From an uncultured Verrucomicrobiae bacterium (lineage in GTDB: Bacteria > Verrucomicrobiota > Verrucomicrobiia > Chthoniobacterales > UBA10450): a DNA stretch of 64,000 nucleotides. Below are positions 39,228 through 49,309 of the stretch, piece by piece. The stretch's first letter is position 1; every line of letters begins with the position of its first letter. Where the stretch lies: contig CAVWPA010000003.1 of NCBI GenBank assembly GCA_963756875.1, forward strand, positions 1,376,001-1,440,000. Direction: 5' to 3'. The position numbers were made by a program, and so were the translations under genes. The notes beneath the pieces are model-generated. The model was given only the letters and a program-made list of their open reading frames with translations. It did not search any database and was not told where the DNA came from.

Positions 39228-40107
39228 TTACTGGTCCTTCGGCATGTTGGTCGGACGCTCGGAAAGCTTCTGCACGGACTTGCGCACTGCCTGGCTAAGT
39301 GGTGCATCCATCATGCCTCCCGCGATTTTTATTTCGCCGTCGGCGACGCGAATGAGATGAGGCCTGGATTTTGTCTCCATGAAGGTCGCCCTGGAAAGAA
39401 GCTCGCCGTTCAATCCAATGCGAGCGTAAGCCCAGGTGCGCGGCGCCGCGCAATAGAGCACGTGCAGTTGATTGGCGCGGTCGATCTCTTCGTGCGGCTC
39501 GTCGAAAGAGATGATCCGGCCTAACGAATAGGTCGCGTAAACAAAGCCCTGGTCCTTGTTTTCGACGCGCACGTAGAGCGAAGTGTGGTCGGGAAAGCGA
39601 TTAGTTAATAGCGAGTAGGTGCGCACATCTCCCAGCGTGCCACCGGCTTCCTGTGGAACCCCGACCGTTTTCTGCCAGATCGGCCGGGCATCGGTTACTT
39701 CGAACACTTTTGTCTGCGAATAAAAATACTTCTTCAGGTCGGCGAAATACACATGCGCCCGGAGGCGATAAGTTCCGAAATCGTGGACGGGATAAAGCGG
39801 CGTGATATTGATCTTTCGCGTCACCTGTTTGCCGGTTCCGATCGTTAGCGGGGCTTCCCCCTTGGCCATGGAGACCGGCCCGATCGGCTGGCTCTCGGTC
39901 CCGGTCACCTCAAAGCCAAACCAGTTTTGTCCGTTCTCATCGCGGAGATCGATGTCGCGCCCGGCCAGATTGGTGATCACCAGATGGGCCACCACCGGCT
40001 CGTACGCGATGTATTGGAGACGCGTCAATTTGAGATCGACCTGAATCTGTCCGAATGCTGGGGACGCGAGCAGTACCGAGGCTCGCGCAAAGCGGCGTGA
40101 ACTTCAT
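39228..40107 (-). CDS. Secreted hypothetical protein (apparent +1 frameshift in the signal peptide, ~40077)
   Basis: MKFTPLCASL / VLLASPAFG-QIQVDLKLTRLQY join if one base is removed. Confidence 0.7.
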
Positions 40108-40165
40108 GAATCGATAAAGTAACGCAACTCGCCGCATAGGAAAGCAGATGTCGAATTCTCTCGAC

Positions 40166-40849
40166 TCAGGCGCTTTGCCGGCGCGCAGTGACGGATTTTT
40201 GCTGCTTGTGAAGATTAAGCGCTTCAATCAACGCTTCGTCCCATGGCGCGGTGATCGTTTCGACCGGTGGCCTTACGCTGCGATCGTAGGCGAATTCCAC
40301 GTAGCCCCACCCAACGAGTTCGAACAGAGCGTCCGCTCCGCGCGCGGCGCTCGTCTCGGCATGGATCAACCTCCCGCCGCGCAGAAAAAGAAAACCGCTT
40401 CGTTCCTCTTTCACCATCTGAATGGCGCCGCTGCGACCTCCCAGACAGCACATTTGCAGGACATCGACAACGTGAAATAAGTCAGGCGCGTCCGCGCTCG
40501 CATTTTGCGCGCGTTGAATCGCCTCAAGCAGCGCGTCACCGTCAATCGGTTCCGGAAAAACTTTCGTTTCCGCCACTTCCAGTCGTTGTTCGGATACGGG
40601 GTAGGTCGGGAGAAACAATGTTTGCAGGCCGGGAAAAATTTCGCTGAGCGACCCGCCCAGTGATAATCCGTCGATTCCATCCGCTTCCAGTTGCGTAAGG
40701 AGCAGCGCGCATTTCGAATGGTGCCGTCCCCATTTAATGGCGTCGTCGTCACTGCCGACGAGGTCGCAACCGTGCCCGGAGTACTCCTTGACCATTCGCA
40801 CCAGTTGCTCGCCCATTTCGGCGTCACTGTGCACGATCAATAATTGCAT
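40166..40849 (-). CDS. Receiver-like + DUF4388 domain protein
   Basis: Degenerate REC domain; DVLQMCCLGGRSG...G.LIHAE...G.DALFELVGW. Confidence 0.78.
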   Translation of the reverse strand: MQLLIVHSDAEMGEQLVRMVKEYSGHGCDLVGSDDDAIKWGRHHSKCALLLTQLEADGIDGLSLGGSLSEIFPGLQTLFLPTYPVSEQRLEVAETKVFPEPIDGDALLEAIQRAQNASADAPDLFHVVDVLQMCCLGGRSGAIQMVKEERSGFLFLRGGRLIHAETSAARGADALFELVGWGYVEFAYDRSVRPPVETITAPWDEALIEALNLHKQQKSVTARRQSA

Positions 40850-41988
40850 TACTGCGAAGAAGCGGTGGAGGGCGGCGGGTAAAGTTTTAGTAACTTGCTG
40901 GGATTAGCACGAGCGGCTTGTAACCGGTCATTGTAATAAACCCGGACGATATAGCCTAGATATTTTCGCTGCCCGGCGTCCGGCGGCGGCGTTGCCTTGG
41001 CGATCGCCTTGCTTTTCTTCGCAGGATTAATCGCGGCCGCGGCTGCGGTCAAGGCTGCTTCCGAGGACAAAACCCGGTTTTTGGGACGAACGTAAGTCAC
41101 GGCAAGGGTTTCTGTGTCGGTATTGGCCCAGTCGTGATTCGGCGTGAGCCATTCGTAACCGACGTCGGCATCGGTCAACACGGGTTGCGGGTTTTCGCCC
41201 ACGGTATCGTAGAAGAAGACCTGGATTTTCACCTTCGTATGGTCGATCAGCGCATTTGCCCGCTTCTTTACACCGATTCGCAGCATCAGATTCGTATCGG
41301 CATCGGGATCGGGCGTCTCCGTTTCCTGCACGTCGTTGATCGCAAGCGTCGAACCGGCGGACAATCCTTTCTCGTCAGGATGCATTGCCACCGTGCTAAG
41401 GGATGGGGTTCCGGCTATCCCGGGGCCCATGGCCGAAGGCAGTGGCACGCCCGTCTTCAATTTTGTTTCCGCAAGTTCGTAGGCGGGCCCGGCGGATGGA
41501 CCGATGTCCACGATTCTGCGCCAGGTAGCAGCCGAGCGGTCAAAATTCTGGATCGATTCGTAGATCGTCGCCATCTCGGCAAGGATCTGCGCGTTTTTGG
41601 GGTCCTTCTCCGACGCTTCCTGCAAACGGGCAAGGGCGGTCGTGGTATCGCCGCGTTGGCGCAATGCGGTTGCCTCCTTGAAAAGCCGGGCCGCGGCGGA
41701 TAACGCCGCCGTCGACGGGGGAATTCCCGGCGAAATTGCCGGTGCGACTGGCGGTAGTGGCATCGGCGATGCGACCGTCAGTTTTACCGGTGGTGCAGAG
41801 GGCGCAGCCATTTTCACCGGGACGACGGCAGGAGCCGTTGCAGTGCGAACGGGATGCATTCGGCCGAGACCGAGATAATAAAAGCCTGCGCCTAAAATTT
41901 CCGCCACTGCGAAAAGGACAACCAATCCAAGGCCGATGTTAAAGCTTCTGTCGGCGCGTGGCGATGAATGGAAGGTGAGGGCCCGCAT
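40849..41988 (-). CDS. Membrane-anchored TPR-containing hypothetical protein
   Basis: N-terminal TM, Pro/Ala linker, TPR pair; stop overlaps the next start. Confidence 0.75.
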   Translation of the reverse strand: MRALTFHSSPRADRSFNIGLGLVVLFAVAEILGAGFYYLGLGRMHPVRTATAPAVVPVKMAAPSAPPVKLTVASPMPLPPVAPAISPGIPPSTAALSAAARLFKEATALRQRGDTTTALARLQEASEKDPKNAQILAEMATIYESIQNFDRSAATWRRIVDIGPSAGPAYELAETKLKTGVPLPSAMGPGIAGTPSLSTVAMHPDEKGLSAGSTLAINDVQETETPDPDADTNLMLRIGVKKRANALIDHTKVKIQVFFYDTVGENPQPVLTDADVGYEWLTPNHDWANTDTETLAVTYVRPKNRVLSSEAALTAAAAAINPAKKSKAIAKATPPPDAGQRKYLGYIVRVYYNDRLQAARANPSKLLKLYPPPSTASSQ

Positions 41989-42107
41989 CGTAGTGAATTA
42001 TATTTTTTAACTGGGCAAGGCTGTCAAATGCGCAAATCCGAAGACCTGGTCATCATTAGACTCATGATTTGCGGCGGCGCTCGAAAAAAAGGCCCTCTCG
42101 AGTGGCT

Positions 42108-42578
42108 TTAACGCGAAATATCGGTCTGGCTCAGGATCCTGAATCCGGCCCCTGTCAGCACGGAGGAGGCGCACTCGTTGTCGTCGACGTGTAATGCGAG
42201 CGCAGCCAGACCGCGGGGCCGGGTCAGCAGGGGATAGGTAAAATGGACGTTCACTTCAGCGGTGAACAGGGTGGCTAAAAGCTTGGCCAGTTGCGTGGCG
42301 ACCTCGTGCAACTCGACCACGACGACCTCGCACATGCCAAATGCGATATTGTTTTGCTTGAACAACTGGGCCACCCCGTCGGGATCGCTGACTACGATCC
42401 GAGCGATGGCCGAGTCGGTTGATTCCGAGACGCTGATTGCCACGACATGACTATGGTGAGAGTTGAGCAGTTTCACCACTTCCAGCATCGCGCCGACTTT
42501 GTTCGGCAGGAAAACCGAGAACTGTTTCACGAGCGGTCCGCTCAGCTTCGAAGTTGTTTCTGGTAGATCGACTGGCAT
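42108..42578 (-). CDS. Tandem ACT-domain protein
   Basis: QFSVFLPNKVGAM...RIVVSDPD...EVNVHFTYP. Confidence 0.8.
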   Translation of the reverse strand: MPVDLPETTSKLSGPLVKQFSVFLPNKVGAMLEVVKLLNSHHSHVVAISVSESTDSAIARIVVSDPDGVAQLFKQNNIAFGMCEVVVVELHEVATQLAKLLATLFTAEVNVHFTYPLLTRPRGLAALALHVDDNECASSVLTGAGFRILSQTDISR

Positions 42579-42892
42579 ATGAGATGGAACGAGTCCCGCC
42601 ATGGCGGGACTTGATGCTAAAAGTAATGCGCCTTTGGCGCCGAGTTAGCATCGCCCGACGGAGCGGCCGATCCACTCTGGACTATTTCTTGTCGCTGTTT
42701 GCTTTGCAAACCAATATCTCGATCCCATCGAATCGCCGTCCGCTCGGACGGTCGGTCTTGTAGCGGCATTTGTGTCAAATGCCGAATCATCTACAGAGGC
42801 GCCAAACGCCTGAAGCTGGTTTCGCTGTAGTCGGTTGCTCTCTACAATATCAGACTGTTCATTTTACGTCGGCGATTTAGATTCGGCCAGAA

Positions 42893-44350
42893 ATGGAGCC
42901 GGAAAATGAACTAATCGCGCTGCGGCGCAAAAAATTGGAGGACCTTCGCGCGCAAGGTGTGGAACCGTTCGGCGCCGCTTTCCAGACGTCGGGCTCGATC
43001 GCGGAGCTTCGGGAAAAATTCAAGGAAGGCGAAGTCTTCCACGCGGCCGGACGCATCACCGCGCACCGCGATATGGGCAAGAGCCACTTTGTCGATCTCC
43101 GCGACCTCACCGGGCGGATCCAGGTTTATCTGCATGCCAAAGAAATCGGCCCGGAAGCGATGGAGGTTTTTCAGCTTCTCGATCTTGGAGATTTTATTGG
43201 AGTAGAGGGCGTTTGTTTTTTGACCAAGACCGGCGAACCGACGCTGAAAGTGGGGAAGTTCGAGGTGTTGGCGAAATCGTTGCGGCCGCTTCCGGAGAAA
43301 TGGCACGGCTTGCAGGACGTCGAAGCGCGATACCGAGAACGCTATCTCGATCTTCTCTCCAATGAACGCTCACGCGAAGTCTTTACCAAGCGCATCGCGA
43401 TGGTGCGCGAGATCCGGCGGTTTCTCGAAGACCGCGACTTTTCTGAAGTGGAAACGCCAATCCTGCAAACTGTGGCCGGCGGCGCCGCGGCCGAGCCGTT
43501 TCAGACGCACCACAAAGCGCTGGGCATCGATCTTTATCTGCGCATCGCCCCTGAGCTTTATTTGAAACGCCTCCTGGTCGGCGGTTTCGACAAGGTCTTC
43601 GAGCTCAGCCGCAACTTCCGGAACGAAGGAATCTCCCGGAAACACAATCCCGAGTTCACCATGCTCGAAGTTTACTGGGCTTACGCCGATTTCGAAAAAA
43701 TGGCGAATCTGGTTGAAGAACTGATTTGCCATGCGGCGGAAAAGGTTTGCGGTTCGCTCCAGATCGAGCACAGGGATGCTGATGGAAAAATCGTGCGCAC
43801 GATCAATCTGCAGCGTCCGTGGCGTCGCGCTCGTTATGCCGATCTGGTGCGCGAAGTAGCCGGCAAGGATTGGTTCGAACTGAACAGCGAACAGCGGCGC
43901 GATCGGGCCACGCGCCAGTTTGATCTGGAGATTCTGCCGCAGTTGGCCGATTTCGAAGTGACACAGCATGTCTTTGAAAAACTGGTCGAAGAAAAAACGT
44001 TCGACCCGCTTTTCGTGACGCATTGTCCGAAGGAGTTGGTCCCGCTCGCCAAAGAAAATCGCAAAGACCGTGCGCTGGTCGATGTTTACGAACTGATCAT
44101 TAACGGTGCGGAAATTTCGCCCGGCTACACCGAATTGAACGATCCGGACGCTCAACGGCAGCGTTTGCTCGAGCAAGCGGGCGAGGAGACGCAAAAAATC
44201 GACGAAGACTTTCTGCTCGCGCTGGAGCACGGCATGCCGCCGGCGGGCGGTTTTGGGCTTGGCATCGATCGGCTGGCAATGCTGCTAACCGGGGCGGAAT
44301 CGATTCGCGACGTGATTCTGTTTCCGCTGCTCAAACCGAAACAGAACTAA
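42893..44350 (+). CDS. lysS: Lysine--tRNA ligase (class II)
   Basis: YLRIAPELYLKRL, FRNEG, HNPEFT, GMPPAGGFGLGIDRL. Confidence 0.97.
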   Translation: MEPENELIALRRKKLEDLRAQGVEPFGAAFQTSGSIAELREKFKEGEVFHAAGRITAHRDMGKSHFVDLRDLTGRIQVYLHAKEIGPEAMEVFQLLDLGDFIGVEGVCFLTKTGEPTLKVGKFEVLAKSLRPLPEKWHGLQDVEARYRERYLDLLSNERSREVFTKRIAMVREIRRFLEDRDFSEVETPILQTVAGGAAAEPFQTHHKALGIDLYLRIAPELYLKRLLVGGFDKVFELSRNFRNEGISRKHNPEFTMLEVYWAYADFEKMANLVEELICHAAEKVCGSLQIEHRDADGKIVRTINLQRPWRRARYADLVREVAGKDWFELNSEQRRDRATRQFDLEILPQLADFEVTQHVFEKLVEEKTFDPLFVTHCPKELVPLAKENRKDRALVDVYELIINGAEISPGYTELNDPDAQRQRLLEQAGEETQKIDEDFLLALEHGMPPAGGFGLGIDRLAMLLTGAESIRDVILFPLLKPKQN

Positions 44351-44379
44351 CGGCGTTGGTCCCGCGCGACCGAAGAGAG

Positions 44380-44472
44380 TCCGCCAAATGACGCCAAAAA
44401 ACGCGAACAATTCGGAATTAGAGCTCGGAAAAACAGCACCATCTTTTGGCGTTATTTGGCGTGTTTGGCGGA
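44380..44472. repeat. Nonamer-periodic intergenic hairpin (CGCCAAA type)
   Basis: TCCGCCAAATGACGCCAAA arm pairs with TTTGGCGTGTTTGGCGGA. Confidence 0.65.
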
Positions 44473-44591
44473 TCAATTCTTTTCGTATGGAGGCAGCAAA
44501 ATGCGGCATGAAAGATTTTAACCGGGGTGGATTTCAGGTATAGCACTCCAGCGCTCTTGCAATTTTTCCGGATCCGGCTAAAGCAATCGCA

Positions 44592-44662
44592 CGGCAATGG
44601 AGTTTGCCGCCTCGCAGTTTGATGGAAACCGTCCCGCGGCCGCGGGACTAATGACTCCTACC
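44592..44662 (+). ncRNA. Fluoride (crcB) riboswitch
   Basis: GGCAATGGAGTTTGCC...AAACCGTCCCGCG-CGCGGGACTAATGACTCCTAC matches the crcB motif and lies directly upstream of crcB. Confidence 0.9.
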
Positions 44663-44684
44663 GTGATAAAACGGTTGGAGTATT

Positions 44685-45074
44685 ATGCTGAATTATCTGA
44701 GCATCATGTTAGGCGGAGCGCTTGGAACAGGCGCGCGCTTTTGGCTGTCGGGATTTGTCGCGCAACGTTACGGCGAATTTTTTCCGGTGGACACCCTGGT
44801 CGTAAACATTACGGGATGTTTTTTGATCGGCATATTTGGCGGATTGGCCGAGCCGCCCAGTCCGTTACTGGTTTCTCCCGCTCTGCGGCAATTTTTTATG
44901 ATCGGGCTTTGCGGCGGCTACACCACATTTTCGTCGTTTGGTCTGCAAACTTTAAATCTCGCGGAAAATGGCGAGCTTTGGAAAGCTGCGTTGAATGCCG
45001 CGCTCTCGCTTGTTTGCTGTGTCGTTGCAGTTTGGCTTGGCAGAATCGTTGCCCTTAGCGTTAGCGCCCGTTAA
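44685..45074 (+). CDS. crcB: Fluoride channel FluC/CrcB
   Basis: GGALGTGARF, TLVVNITGCF, GLCGGYTTFSSF. Confidence 0.95.
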   Translation: MLNYLSIMLGGALGTGARFWLSGFVAQRYGEFFPVDTLVVNITGCFLIGIFGGLAEPPSPLLVSPALRQFFMIGLCGGYTTFSSFGLQTLNLAENGELWKAALNAALSLVCCVVAVWLGRIVALSVSAR

Positions 45075-45080
45075 AAAATA

Positions 45081-45425
45081 ATGAATCTTCCCGAAGACGC
45101 GGTTTTGCTGCGAATTTTCATTGGCGAAAGCGACAAGTGGCAGCATCAGCCGCTTTACGAAGCGATCGTAATGAAGGCGCGCGAACTGCATCTTGCCGGA
45201 GCAACCGTGCTGCGCGCTTCCATGGGCTTCGGGGCGGCGAGCCGCGTGCACACAGCGAAGATCCTTCGCCTGTCGATGGATTTGCCAATTGTCGTCGAGA
45301 TCGTCGATTCCGAGGAAAAGGTGAACATGCTGCTGCCGGCGCTGGACGAAATGATGGGCGGCGGTTTGGTTACCCTGGAAAAGGTGAAAGTCATTCATTA
45401 TCGCCACCAGAAGGAGTCGGATTAG
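45081..45425 (+). CDS. DUF190 (PII-like) protein
   Basis: LRIFIGESD, LAGATVLR..MGFG, DLPIVVEIVD; a usual crcB partner. Confidence 0.9.
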   Translation: MNLPEDAVLLRIFIGESDKWQHQPLYEAIVMKARELHLAGATVLRASMGFGAASRVHTAKILRLSMDLPIVVEIVDSEEKVNMLLPALDEMMGGGLVTLEKVKVIHYRHQKESD

Positions 45426-45446
45426 GAGTCCCGCTCCGCACGGTTC

Positions 45447-45610
45447 GGAGAGCGCACGCGTCCCGCGTGCAGTTTGCGGCGCCTCGCCGCAAACATGAAA
45501 TCAAACCGCGAAGCGGCACTTTCCTCACCGGAAAGCGAGGTTTCGCGTTTTTGATGCAGGCTTTTCGGTGAAGGCGTCGAAGAAGGCACGCCAGGGCTCG
45601 TACGCTCCCC
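45447..45610. repeat. Degenerate AGCGCACGCG palindromic element
   Basis: GGAGAGCGCACGCGTCCCGCGTGC...GCACGCCAGGGCTCGTACGCTCCCC. Confidence 0.7.
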
Positions 45611-45676
45611 AATCCCGCGCCATTATCCCTTTCCAGACCCATTGTCATAATTCTAATCGCTTCTCATCTTTCTGGA

Positions 45677-46336
45677 ATGGAACGCAACTTGACAATGGCA
45701 AAGCGCGACAAGAATTTGCCGGGGGAGGGTGAGATGTTAAGGCCCGACATGGATTTAACGGCGATCTCAGGGGTCTCGGATGATCAACTCATGGAGCGGA
45801 TCACTGCGCAACAGCCGCAGGCGCTCAATGAGTTTTTCTCGCGTCATGCCAGCCGAATCAGATCGGTCATCGGCAACGTGGTGCATGAGAAGGCAGACAC
45901 GGATGACGTGCTCCAGGAAATCTTGCTGCAAATTTGGCGCGACTCCGGACGTTACTCATCAAAATCCGGGAAGTTGCTCGGCTGGGTCGTGACCTTGGCG
46001 CGCCGGCGCGCGATTGACCGGTTGCGGCGCAAACAGGCTTACTGCAGGGCAAAAGAGCAGTACGAGGAGTATTTGAATCGGCAGCCGGCGTTCGAGCCGC
46101 ATTCCTTCGAGGAAATTTCGCGGTCCGACCTGCGGCGGTTCCTGCAGCGACGCCTTAAAACGCTTCCGCGTCATCAACGGCAGGCGATCGAGCTTTCCTT
46201 TTTTACCGGGATGAGCCATCGCGAAATTGCTGCGGTCACTCGGACCCCGCTGGGGACGGTAAAAACACGCCTCGAGCTTGGGCTGCAAAAATTGACCCAT
46301 TCGCTCCGGCCGATGCGGCACAAAATCTGCGGTTAA
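45677..46336 (+). CDS. ECF sigma-70 factor
   Basis: DDVLQE, WVVTLARRRAIDRLR, SHREIA...PLGTVKTRL. Confidence 0.92.
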   Translation: MERNLTMAKRDKNLPGEGEMLRPDMDLTAISGVSDDQLMERITAQQPQALNEFFSRHASRIRSVIGNVVHEKADTDDVLQEILLQIWRDSGRYSSKSGKLLGWVVTLARRRAIDRLRRKQAYCRAKEQYEEYLNRQPAFEPHSFEEISRSDLRRFLQRRLKTLPRHQRQAIELSFFTGMSHREIAAVTRTPLGTVKTRLELGLQKLTHSLRPMRHKICG

Positions 46337-46524
46337 GTTCACCGCAAACGATGCACTAAAGATCTAGGGTTGCCGGGGCTCCGAAATGGCCTTGGGGAAA
46401 ATAATCGGAGTCCCGGCAAAGGGTTTTTAGACGGCCGCCCGAATGGTGTCGATCTTTCTTTCGCAAGAAATTGAGGGTGTGTTCCGGGCTGTAAATCTCC
46501 GTTTCTCGTGCTAACTTTGCACAA

Positions 46525-46860
46525 ATGGACACGCCTCAAATCACTGCTTATCTCAAGACTTATTGCGGCTGGAGCGCCGGTGTGCGCGCCATTCTCGCCA
46601 AATACAATCTGAAGTACATAGAGAAGGATATTATCCAAAACCCGGCTTTCCGTTGGGAAATGGAAACGAAAAGCAGCCAGCCGCTCTCGCCGTGTGTTGA
46701 CATAAATGGACACATGCTCGCGGACGTCAGCGGGGAAGAAGTCGAGAAGTATTTGATCGACAACAAGATTGTTCAGCAAAGCGACGCCCAGACTGATGTG
46801 CCGCTCAATGCTCCCTGTGCCACCGAGGAGCATGAGAGCAACGTGCAGCTTAATTTCTGA
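46525..46860 (+). CDS. Glutaredoxin-like protein
   Basis: YLKTYCGWS (CxxS), QPLSPCVDING. Confidence 0.82.
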   Translation: MDTPQITAYLKTYCGWSAGVRAILAKYNLKYIEKDIIQNPAFRWEMETKSSQPLSPCVDINGHMLADVSGEEVEKYLIDNKIVQQSDAQTDVPLNAPCATEEHESNVQLNF

Positions 46861-46863
46861 TCT

Positions 46864-46975
46864 TGTTAAAAAGGTTACAACGTTAAAAGCGTTGAATCGT
46901 TGCAGAGTTAAAGGGGTCAAAAGGTCGGATCCTTTGTAGCTTTGTAATACCTGTAACTTTTTTTAACCCTTCAAC
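46864..46975. repeat. AT-rich GTTACA/TGTAAC inverted repeat element
   Basis: GTTAAAAAGGTTACA arm pairs with TGTAACTTTTTTTAAC. Confidence 0.65.
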
Positions 46976-46976
46976 G

Positions 46977-49139
46977 ATGAAACTTTTCGCGCGCGCGCGT
47001 CCGCGAAAGAAACGGAGCAAACTCTTCCGTTACGGCTGGAAGATCACACTCATCGGCCTGGTCGGAGGCTCCGTGCTGTCCGTTATTGTGTTCTACGGAG
47101 TTTGGGCCGCGACTTTCGATATGAAGAAGGTCGGTGAAATGCCGGAGCGCAACACCGTGTTCGATGTGGACGGAAGAATTTACAGCCGTCTCGCCGGGGC
47201 GAACCGTTTGAGGGTCCCGCTCGATCAGGTCTCACCGCTTTTCATCAAGGCGTTGCTCGCCCGCGAGGACACCCGTTTTTATCAACACCCCGGGATCGAC
47301 TGGCATGGGATCGCTCGCGCGCTGATCCGCGATCTTCTAAGCGGTTCGGCAAAGGAAGGAGCGAGCAGCCTCACCCAGCAGCTTGCGCGCAACAGTCTCC
47401 CGCTGGGGGGTCGAACCATTAGCCGCAAGTTGCTGGAAGCGATGGTGGCGTTACGCATCGAGCAAACGTTCACCAAAAAACAGATTCTCGAGCTTTATGT
47501 GAACCGGATTTATTTTGGCTCCGGCTGTTATGGCGTTGAAACCGCTTCGCAGGCTTACTTTGGCAAGCACGCCTCAACCCTGAATCTTTCCGAAGCCGCG
47601 TTGCTTGCCGGTTTAATCCGCAGCCCCAATCGCTTTTCGCCTCTGAAAAATCCCGAAGGCGCGGCGCTCCAACGCGATGCTGTCCTGGACCGAATGGTCA
47701 AATTGAAAAAGATCTCGCTTGCCGATGCGATGCGCGCCAGGGCGACCAGGGTCAATACGCATCCCAAACGGATGCTCCAAATCCAGGAGAACTACGCGAT
47801 GGACGCCGTCCAGCGTGATTTAAACCTGCTCCTCAGTCAGGACCAGATCGATAACGGCGGTCTCTCTATATATACTACGCTCGATCCCGCCGTGCAGAAT
47901 GCCGCCCAGCAGGCGCTTGAGACTCAGCTCGCCAAAATCGAGCACCAGGCGAATTTCCACCATCCTATCAAGGCCAATTATCACCCGGTGGAAGGTCAGG
48001 AGGAGTCCTCCATGCCTTATTTGGAAGGGGCCGTAGTTTGCATCGATGACAAAAGCGGCGGCATTCGCGCGCTCGTGGGGGGTCGCGATTATTCGCAAAG
48101 CAAATTCAATCGCGCGCTTCCTCCCGCCAACCGGCAGATCGGGTCCGCTTTCAAGCCATTCGTTTACACGGTTGCGTTTTCGGAAGGCCTTCTTCCCGGT
48201 GCAGCCATCAGCGATGACCGCATCCAGCCCGGCGAAATCCAGGGCGCGGGAAATTGGTCGCCGGGGAATTCCGACGGCACTTATCGCGGCATAGAGTCCT
48301 GCTCTTATGGTTTAATTCATTCGCGCAACACCATGAGCGTGCGCGTCGGCCAGTTCGCCGGACTCGATGCGGTCCAGAAAGTCGCCACCACACTCAATCT
48401 CGGACAGAATATTCCGCGCGTTCCGGCGATCTATATCGGGTCGTTTGAAACCGACCTGAAAGATCTCACGGCGGCCTACACCGTGTTTCCCAATGCCGGT
48501 GTGCGCAAGCAGGCGTACATCATCGAGCGCATCGATGATCCCGAGCATCTGCCGATTTATCGCGCCGCGCATATTTCCGCGCCGGCGCTCAACCCGAGCG
48601 CTTCCTGGATGACTTCGCGTTTGATGGAAGAGGTGCTCACCCGCGGCACGGCTGCCAGCGCGCGTTCGTTAGGCTTCAAGCTGCCCGCCGCCGGGAAAAC
48701 CGGAACGACCAACGATTACAAGGACGCATGGTTTCTTGGTTATACCAGCGCACTTACCTGCGGTGTCTGGGTGGGGTTCGATCAGCCGACAACGATTATT
48801 CCCCACGGTTACGGGTCGGCGCTGGCGCTCCCGATCTGGGTGCAGGTGATGAACAAGGCCGCGCAACGATATCCGGCACAGGAATTTCAGCCCACCATGC
48901 CCATCGTACGCGCGCTGGTTTGCTCGGTTTCAAATCAGCTTGCCACAACCGGTTGCGAAGCGGCCGGCACAGCCTACGAAATTGATTTGCCCGCCGATAA
49001 AGTGCCCACCGTAGCATGCGAACTGCATGGCGGTCAGGAAATGCAGTTCGCGCAAAGACCGGGGGACATTGGCAAAAAGGCCAGCGAGCTTCCAAACAAG
49101 CTCTTTCAATCGCTCAAGAAACTGTTCGGCGGGAAATAA
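46977..49139 (+). CDS. Class A penicillin-binding protein (PBP1A family)
   Basis: EDTRFYQH, GASSLTQQL, RKLLE (GT51); SAFK, SRN, KTG (transpeptidase). Confidence 0.95.
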   Translation: MKLFARARPRKKRSKLFRYGWKITLIGLVGGSVLSVIVFYGVWAATFDMKKVGEMPERNTVFDVDGRIYSRLAGANRLRVPLDQVSPLFIKALLAREDTRFYQHPGIDWHGIARALIRDLLSGSAKEGASSLTQQLARNSLPLGGRTISRKLLEAMVALRIEQTFTKKQILELYVNRIYFGSGCYGVETASQAYFGKHASTLNLSEAALLAGLIRSPNRFSPLKNPEGAALQRDAVLDRMVKLKKISLADAMRARATRVNTHPKRMLQIQENYAMDAVQRDLNLLLSQDQIDNGGLSIYTTLDPAVQNAAQQALETQLAKIEHQANFHHPIKANYHPVEGQEESSMPYLEGAVVCIDDKSGGIRALVGGRDYSQSKFNRALPPANRQIGSAFKPFVYTVAFSEGLLPGAAISDDRIQPGEIQGAGNWSPGNSDGTYRGIESCSYGLIHSRNTMSVRVGQFAGLDAVQKVATTLNLGQNIPRVPAIYIGSFETDLKDLTAAYTVFPNAGVRKQAYIIERIDDPEHLPIYRAAHISAPALNPSASWMTSRLMEEVLTRGTAASARSLGFKLPAAGKTGTTNDYKDAWFLGYTSALTCGVWVGFDQPTTIIPHGYGSALALPIWVQVMNKAAQRYPAQEFQPTMPIVRALVCSVSNQLATTGCEAAGTAYEIDLPADKVPTVACELHGGQEMQFAQRPGDIGKKASELPNKLFQSLKKLFGGK

Positions 49140-49221
49140 GAGATTCCCTCGGACAAAGGTTGCCAGGGATGGCGACGGAGTTCCTCTGCGGTCGCTCAAC
49201 ATCCAACTTGAACCAAGCGTC

Positions 49222-49242
49222 AGCGGGCGAAGGGAATCGAAC
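49222..49242 (-). repeat. att-like copy of the tRNA-Gly 3' end
   Basis: AGCGGGCGAAGGGAATCGAAC vs AGCGGGTGAGGGGAATCGAAC at 62333-62353 (19/21, same orientation). Confidence 0.8.
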
Positions 49243-49253
49243 GTGAGAAAGGC

Positions 49254-49283
49254 TTGACACAAATTGCGACAAAGTAGTATCTG
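49254..49283 (+). promoter_or_regulatory. Possible sigma-70 promoter of the six-gene operon
   Basis: TTGACA at 49254-59, followed by TAGTATCT at 49275-82. Confidence 0.4.
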
Positions 49284-49309
49284 GCCTGTCAGGCCCACCA
49301 ACCCAACTT

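Noticed and set aside
42650..42760. Imperfect inverted repeat between the ACT gene and lysS as a lysine riboswitch or T-box
   Set aside because: No recognisable consensus motifs and the pairing is weak
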